A DNA stretch of 40,334 nt from Candidatus Nomurabacteria bacterium. Lineage in GTDB: Bacteria; Patescibacteriota; Minisyncoccia; Phycocordibacterales; UBA9973. The translations under genes were made by a program, and so were the position numbers. The stretch covers positions 1 to 40,334 of the forward strand of contig CAIOXK010000026.1 in the NCBI GenBank assembly GCA_903862255.1, given 5' to 3'. The notes below the pieces were generated by a model that was not told where the DNA came from, searched no databases, and saw only the letters and a program-made list of their open reading frames with translations. The first letter of the stretch is position 1, and each line of letters opens with the position of its first letter. This document shows, piece by piece, positions 37,481 to 40,334 of the stretch.

Positions 37481-37610
37481 ACTAATCTCTAAGCAGTCAG
37501 CCACAGGTTCTAAGTGTTTGCGCAGGACGTTTTGGTTTCGACTGGGGCTATCCTATAATCATGCTTTACTTATATGTCAACGCACATATAAGGACTGTTT
37601 AGAGATTAGT
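37481..37610 (+). ncRNA. Structured RNA candidate, 6S-like architecture
   Basis: 18-bp closing stem 37481-37498/37593-37610, internal bubble, UUCG-capped arm, 9-bp side hairpin; G-U pairs favour the plus strand. Confidence 0.5.
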
Positions 37611-37653
37611 GAATTTTTTGTAACAATCGTTGTTGATAAAACATAAGCAATAA

Positions 37654-37695
37654 AAACAAAAACACCTCCTTGTATGGGGGTGTTTTTGTTTGTTT
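37654..37695 (+). terminator. Rho-independent terminator
   Basis: AAACAAAAACACCTCC-TTGTAT-GGGGGTGTTTTTGTTT, T-rich tail. Confidence 0.75.
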
Positions 37696-37724
37696 AATAA
37701 ATTAGGGGACAGTCCCTATTTATT
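37696..37724. repeat. REP-like palindrome, left of RAYT
   Basis: AATAAATTAGGGGACAGTCCCTATTTATT, core GGGACAGTCCC. Confidence 0.75.
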
Positions 37725-37765
37725 CTTCAAATAAAATTGATGATCAATAATAGAAAATGGTAAGT

Positions 37766-38299
37766 ATGCCCAGAAAACCCAGAAACGATAGTGGTGGAAA
37801 GATTTATCATGTATTAAATAGAGCAAATAATAAAGCTAAGATATTTAACAATCACTCGGATTATGCACTTTTTGAGAACTTGTTAATAAAGGCTGTAAAA
37901 CGTTTTAATATAAAATTATTTGCATATATAAATATGCCTAATCATTTTCATTTTGTTTTATATACACAAAACGCCGGCGATATGTCTAGGTTTATGCATT
38001 GGTTTTCGACTACATTTACTCAAACATGGCATGTTCATCACGGTACAACAGGAAATGGTCATGTATTTCAAAGCAGGTACAAATCTTTTCTTATTAAAAA
38101 CGATGAACATTTACTACAAGTTTTATTGTATATTGAAAGAAATGCCTTAAAAGCCGGATTGGTTCACCGGGCCGAGTCATGGAGGTGGGGCAGTGCCTTT
38201 ATAAAAAAATATGGAAACAAAAAGCAAAGAAATATGTTAACTGACTTGCCTATTCAAATTTCAAAAAATTATCAAGATATTTTAAATAATATACAGTGA
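37766..38299 (+). CDS. REP-associated tyrosine transposase (RAYT, IS200-like HUH Y1)
   Basis: MPRKPR start (alternative ATG 37757), YHVLNR, HUH motif MPNHFHF, HVFQSRYKS, YIERN..KAGLV, WRWGS. Confidence 0.88.
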   Translation: MPRKPRNDSGGKIYHVLNRANNKAKIFNNHSDYALFENLLIKAVKRFNIKLFAYINMPNHFHFVLYTQNAGDMSRFMHWFSTTFTQTWHVHHGTTGNGHVFQSRYKSFLIKNDEHLLQVLLYIERNALKAGLVHRAESWRWGSAFIKKYGNKKQRNMLTDLPIQISKNYQDILNNIQ

Positions 38300-38311
38300 T
38301 TTTTTTAAACA

Positions 38312-38336
38312 AAAAACAGGGACTGTCCCTGTTTTT
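38312..38336. repeat. REP-like palindrome, right of RAYT
   Basis: AAAAACAGGGAC-T-GTCCCTGTTTTT, perfect 12-bp arms. Confidence 0.75.
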
Positions 38337-38342
38337 CCATAT

Positions 38343-40046
38343 TTATTTTCTTTCGCTTAGGTCTACTACGGAAGCGAGTTCTTCGAAGTCGGTAATACCT
38401 TGGAGGATTTTCACAATACCATCCTCGCGCATGTCGAGGGTACCTTGCTTATCTGCTATTGCTTTGATGTCACGCTCTGTAGGGTTAGAGAGAATGATGT
38501 GTTCAATATTTGCATCCATTTCTACTACTTCGAATACACCGAGTCGTCCTTTGTATCCTGTCTTACCACAAATATCACAACCTTTGGCTGCCCATACTGT
38601 AGACACATCACGGTGTACTCCGAATTGCTCCATATTTTTTCCTAGAGCAACAGCATTGTTCCAGATCATATCAACAGTGGTTTTTTCTTCAGAGGTAATA
38701 GGTCGTTCGTATTTACACTTTTTACAAAGTACACGCACTAGACGTTGGGCAATAGAAAGCGAAAGTGCTGATACAAGAATCTTTGGATTAACATCAAGGT
38801 CAATCAAGCGGGGGATCACACCAGAAGCATTATTGGTGTGTAGTGTTGAAAATACGATGTGGCCAGTCAACGCAGATTCAACTGCAATTTTTGCTGTTTC
38901 GGAGTCGCGTATTTCTCCGACCATGATTACGTCTGGGTCCTGACGAAGAGCAGAACGAAGTCCTTCCAAAAAGGTATAGCCCTTTTTATGGTCTACTTGT
39001 GTTTGTGTAATACCAGTTAGGTGATATTCAATAGGGTCTTCAATGGTAATAATTTTTAATTCGTCACTAAAGATTTTTTGTAGGAAGGCATAGAGTGTTG
39101 TTGTTTTACCAGACCCTGTAGGACCAGTAAGAAGCACCATGCCGTTTGGTTTTTTAATACCCTTCATGAAGATGTCATACAGTGGTGCAGAAATACCAAG
39201 CGCATCGAGTTGTACGCGAATAGATTTTGGATTCAATATACGCAATACAATTGACTCACCATATGCCCCGGGAATCATTGATGTACGGAAACTAATTTCG
39301 TCTGTACCAAGAAAAGCACTGAAGCGCCCATCTTGAGGAACTGAGCTAATAGTAAGCTTCAACCCTGAGAGTAATTTGATACGGGTATTGATTTGTTTAT
39401 ATGTATTGAAATTAACTTTTGTAATGATGTGTAATACACCATCCAAACGAAAACGGATTTCTACATCATCTTGCATTGGTTCTACATGCACATCAGATGC
39501 TCCGATACCGATACCTGCTCCTAAAATAATTTCCAAAATACGAGAAAGATGGTGGACAGAGCTACTTTCATTAACTGCTTCAACAATTACACGCATTGCA
39601 TCATCTATTGTTTTCACAGTTTGACTGAGGTTTAGTAGGACATCAGGAGATACATCAAGACCGCCTGCACGAGAACGTGTAGCATACGAAAGATCGGTAT
39701 AGTGAGACCATACTTTCTCAATACTTTTTTCACTAGTCATTACCATTACTACTTCGTAACCCTCGCCTTCGATGAGTGTTTTGGCTTGCTGTGCCCCAAG
39801 CGCATTTGGCGAACGTACAGCAAGAAACAATTTTTTGTCGATAAGTTTATAGGGACCAACATCAAAAGACCGAGCCTGCTCTTCTGTTAATAGGCGAATA
39901 GCATCATTGTCGATTGATTGAGAGAGTAGGTTCACATACTGAAGGCCATATTGTGATTGTGCTAGCATCGCAACAACATCTTCCTCTTCTTCTTCACGAA
40001 GATTTTTTATTCTTTTGAGTTGATCAGTTTCATCGAATTGCACCAT
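38343..40046 (-). CDS. pilB: Type IV pilus assembly ATPase, PilB/GspE family
   Basis: ASDVHVEP, PQDGR, GPTGSGKTTTLY, TIEDPIEY, LRQDPDVIMVGEIRD, TGH..FSTLHTN, CxxC pairs; start moved from 40175 to ATG 40046. Confidence 0.92.
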   Translation of the reverse strand: MVQFDETDQLKRIKNLREEEEEDVVAMLAQSQYGLQYVNLLSQSIDNDAIRLLTEEQARSFDVGPYKLIDKKLFLAVRSPNALGAQQAKTLIEGEGYEVVMVMTSEKSIEKVWSHYTDLSYATRSRAGGLDVSPDVLLNLSQTVKTIDDAMRVIVEAVNESSSVHHLSRILEIILGAGIGIGASDVHVEPMQDDVEIRFRLDGVLHIITKVNFNTYKQINTRIKLLSGLKLTISSVPQDGRFSAFLGTDEISFRTSMIPGAYGESIVLRILNPKSIRVQLDALGISAPLYDIFMKGIKKPNGMVLLTGPTGSGKTTTLYAFLQKIFSDELKIITIEDPIEYHLTGITQTQVDHKKGYTFLEGLRSALRQDPDVIMVGEIRDSETAKIAVESALTGHIVFSTLHTNNASGVIPRLIDLDVNPKILVSALSLSIAQRLVRVLCKKCKYERPITSEEKTTVDMIWNNAVALGKNMEQFGVHRDVSTVWAAKGCDICGKTGYKGRLGVFEVVEMDANIEHIILSNPTERDIKAIADKQGTLDMREDGIVKILQGITDFEELASVVDLSERK

Positions 40047-40063
40047 ATGGTTATAGTATACAT

Positions 40064-40097
40064 GAAAAAGCCCTCTTATTTTTTGATAAGAGGGCTT
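40064..40097 (-). terminator. Rho-independent terminator upstream of pilB
   Basis: Minus strand AAGCCCTCTTAT-CAAAAA-ATAAGAGGGCTT followed by TTT. Confidence 0.75.
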
Positions 40098-40334
40098 GAA
40101 GTACAGTAGTGCGTTTGTATTAATGATGTACACCTGAAGGGGGTGGTGTGGGTGGTGGTTGATAGCCACCGCCACTTTTTATTACCCTCGGTGCAGTTTT
40201 TAGAATGGGGTGAAAAGTTTTCGCAGTATCCTTTTTTATAGCAGGACTAAACGAGGTATTGTTTGTTGTAATAAAACCAAGCTTTTTTTTAATTGCAGTA
40301 ACTACAGTATGGTAGTCAAGTACAATCGCGTAAC

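Larger units (their letters stand above)
37696..38336 (+). mobile_element. RAYT cassette bounded by inverted REP-like palindromes
   Basis: Transposase gene between two hairpins whose cores are reverse complements; AT-rich. Confidence 0.65.

Noticed and set aside
38296-38943. 215-aa plus ORF overlapping the RAYT stop
   Set aside because: Antisense shadow of pilB that runs through the right palindrome
40047-40175. His-rich N-terminal extension of PilB or a His leader peptide
   Set aside because: Crosses a terminator, ATG 40046 has its own -10, and the His/Pro codons arise from the CCA-rich hairpin
1-40334. CRISPR array, tRNA/rRNA, diversity-generating retroelement, stop-codon recoding
   Set aside because: No spaced repeats, cloverleafs or reverse transcriptase noticed; core genes are full length in code 11 with Trp and Gly encoded normally

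Overview
Chromosomal window from a small-genome bacterium; gene content and the many short-leader genes most resemble Patescibacteria/CPR (Parcubacteria-like; inferred, not searched). It spans the probable replication origin (yidC-yidD-rnpA-rpmH <- -> dnaA-[DnaA boxes]-dnaN). Directly left of it lies a ~15.5 kb plus-strand cluster encoding a minimal type IV secretion-like system (PrgI/VirB3-like, TraC-like, VirB4, giant VirB6-like, a pilin-like/M15 peptidase fusion, several uncharacterised exported proteins) with no relaxase or coupling protein in the window. The rest is housekeeping or competence genes (Xer recombinase, rpsO, dksA-like, comM, pcrA, rsmA, class A PBP, tyrS, ruvB, ruvC, pilB), a SET-domain protein, and a REP-associated tyrosine transposase bracketed by inverted GGGAC(A/T)GTCCC palindromes. 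Also seen: a 6S-like structured RNA candidate, two further ORF-less candidate transcripts, two small genes missing from the ORF track, and a recurrent -10 element 6-7 nt before start codons suggesting widespread leaderless mRNA. All calls come from reading motifs by eye; no database search was run.
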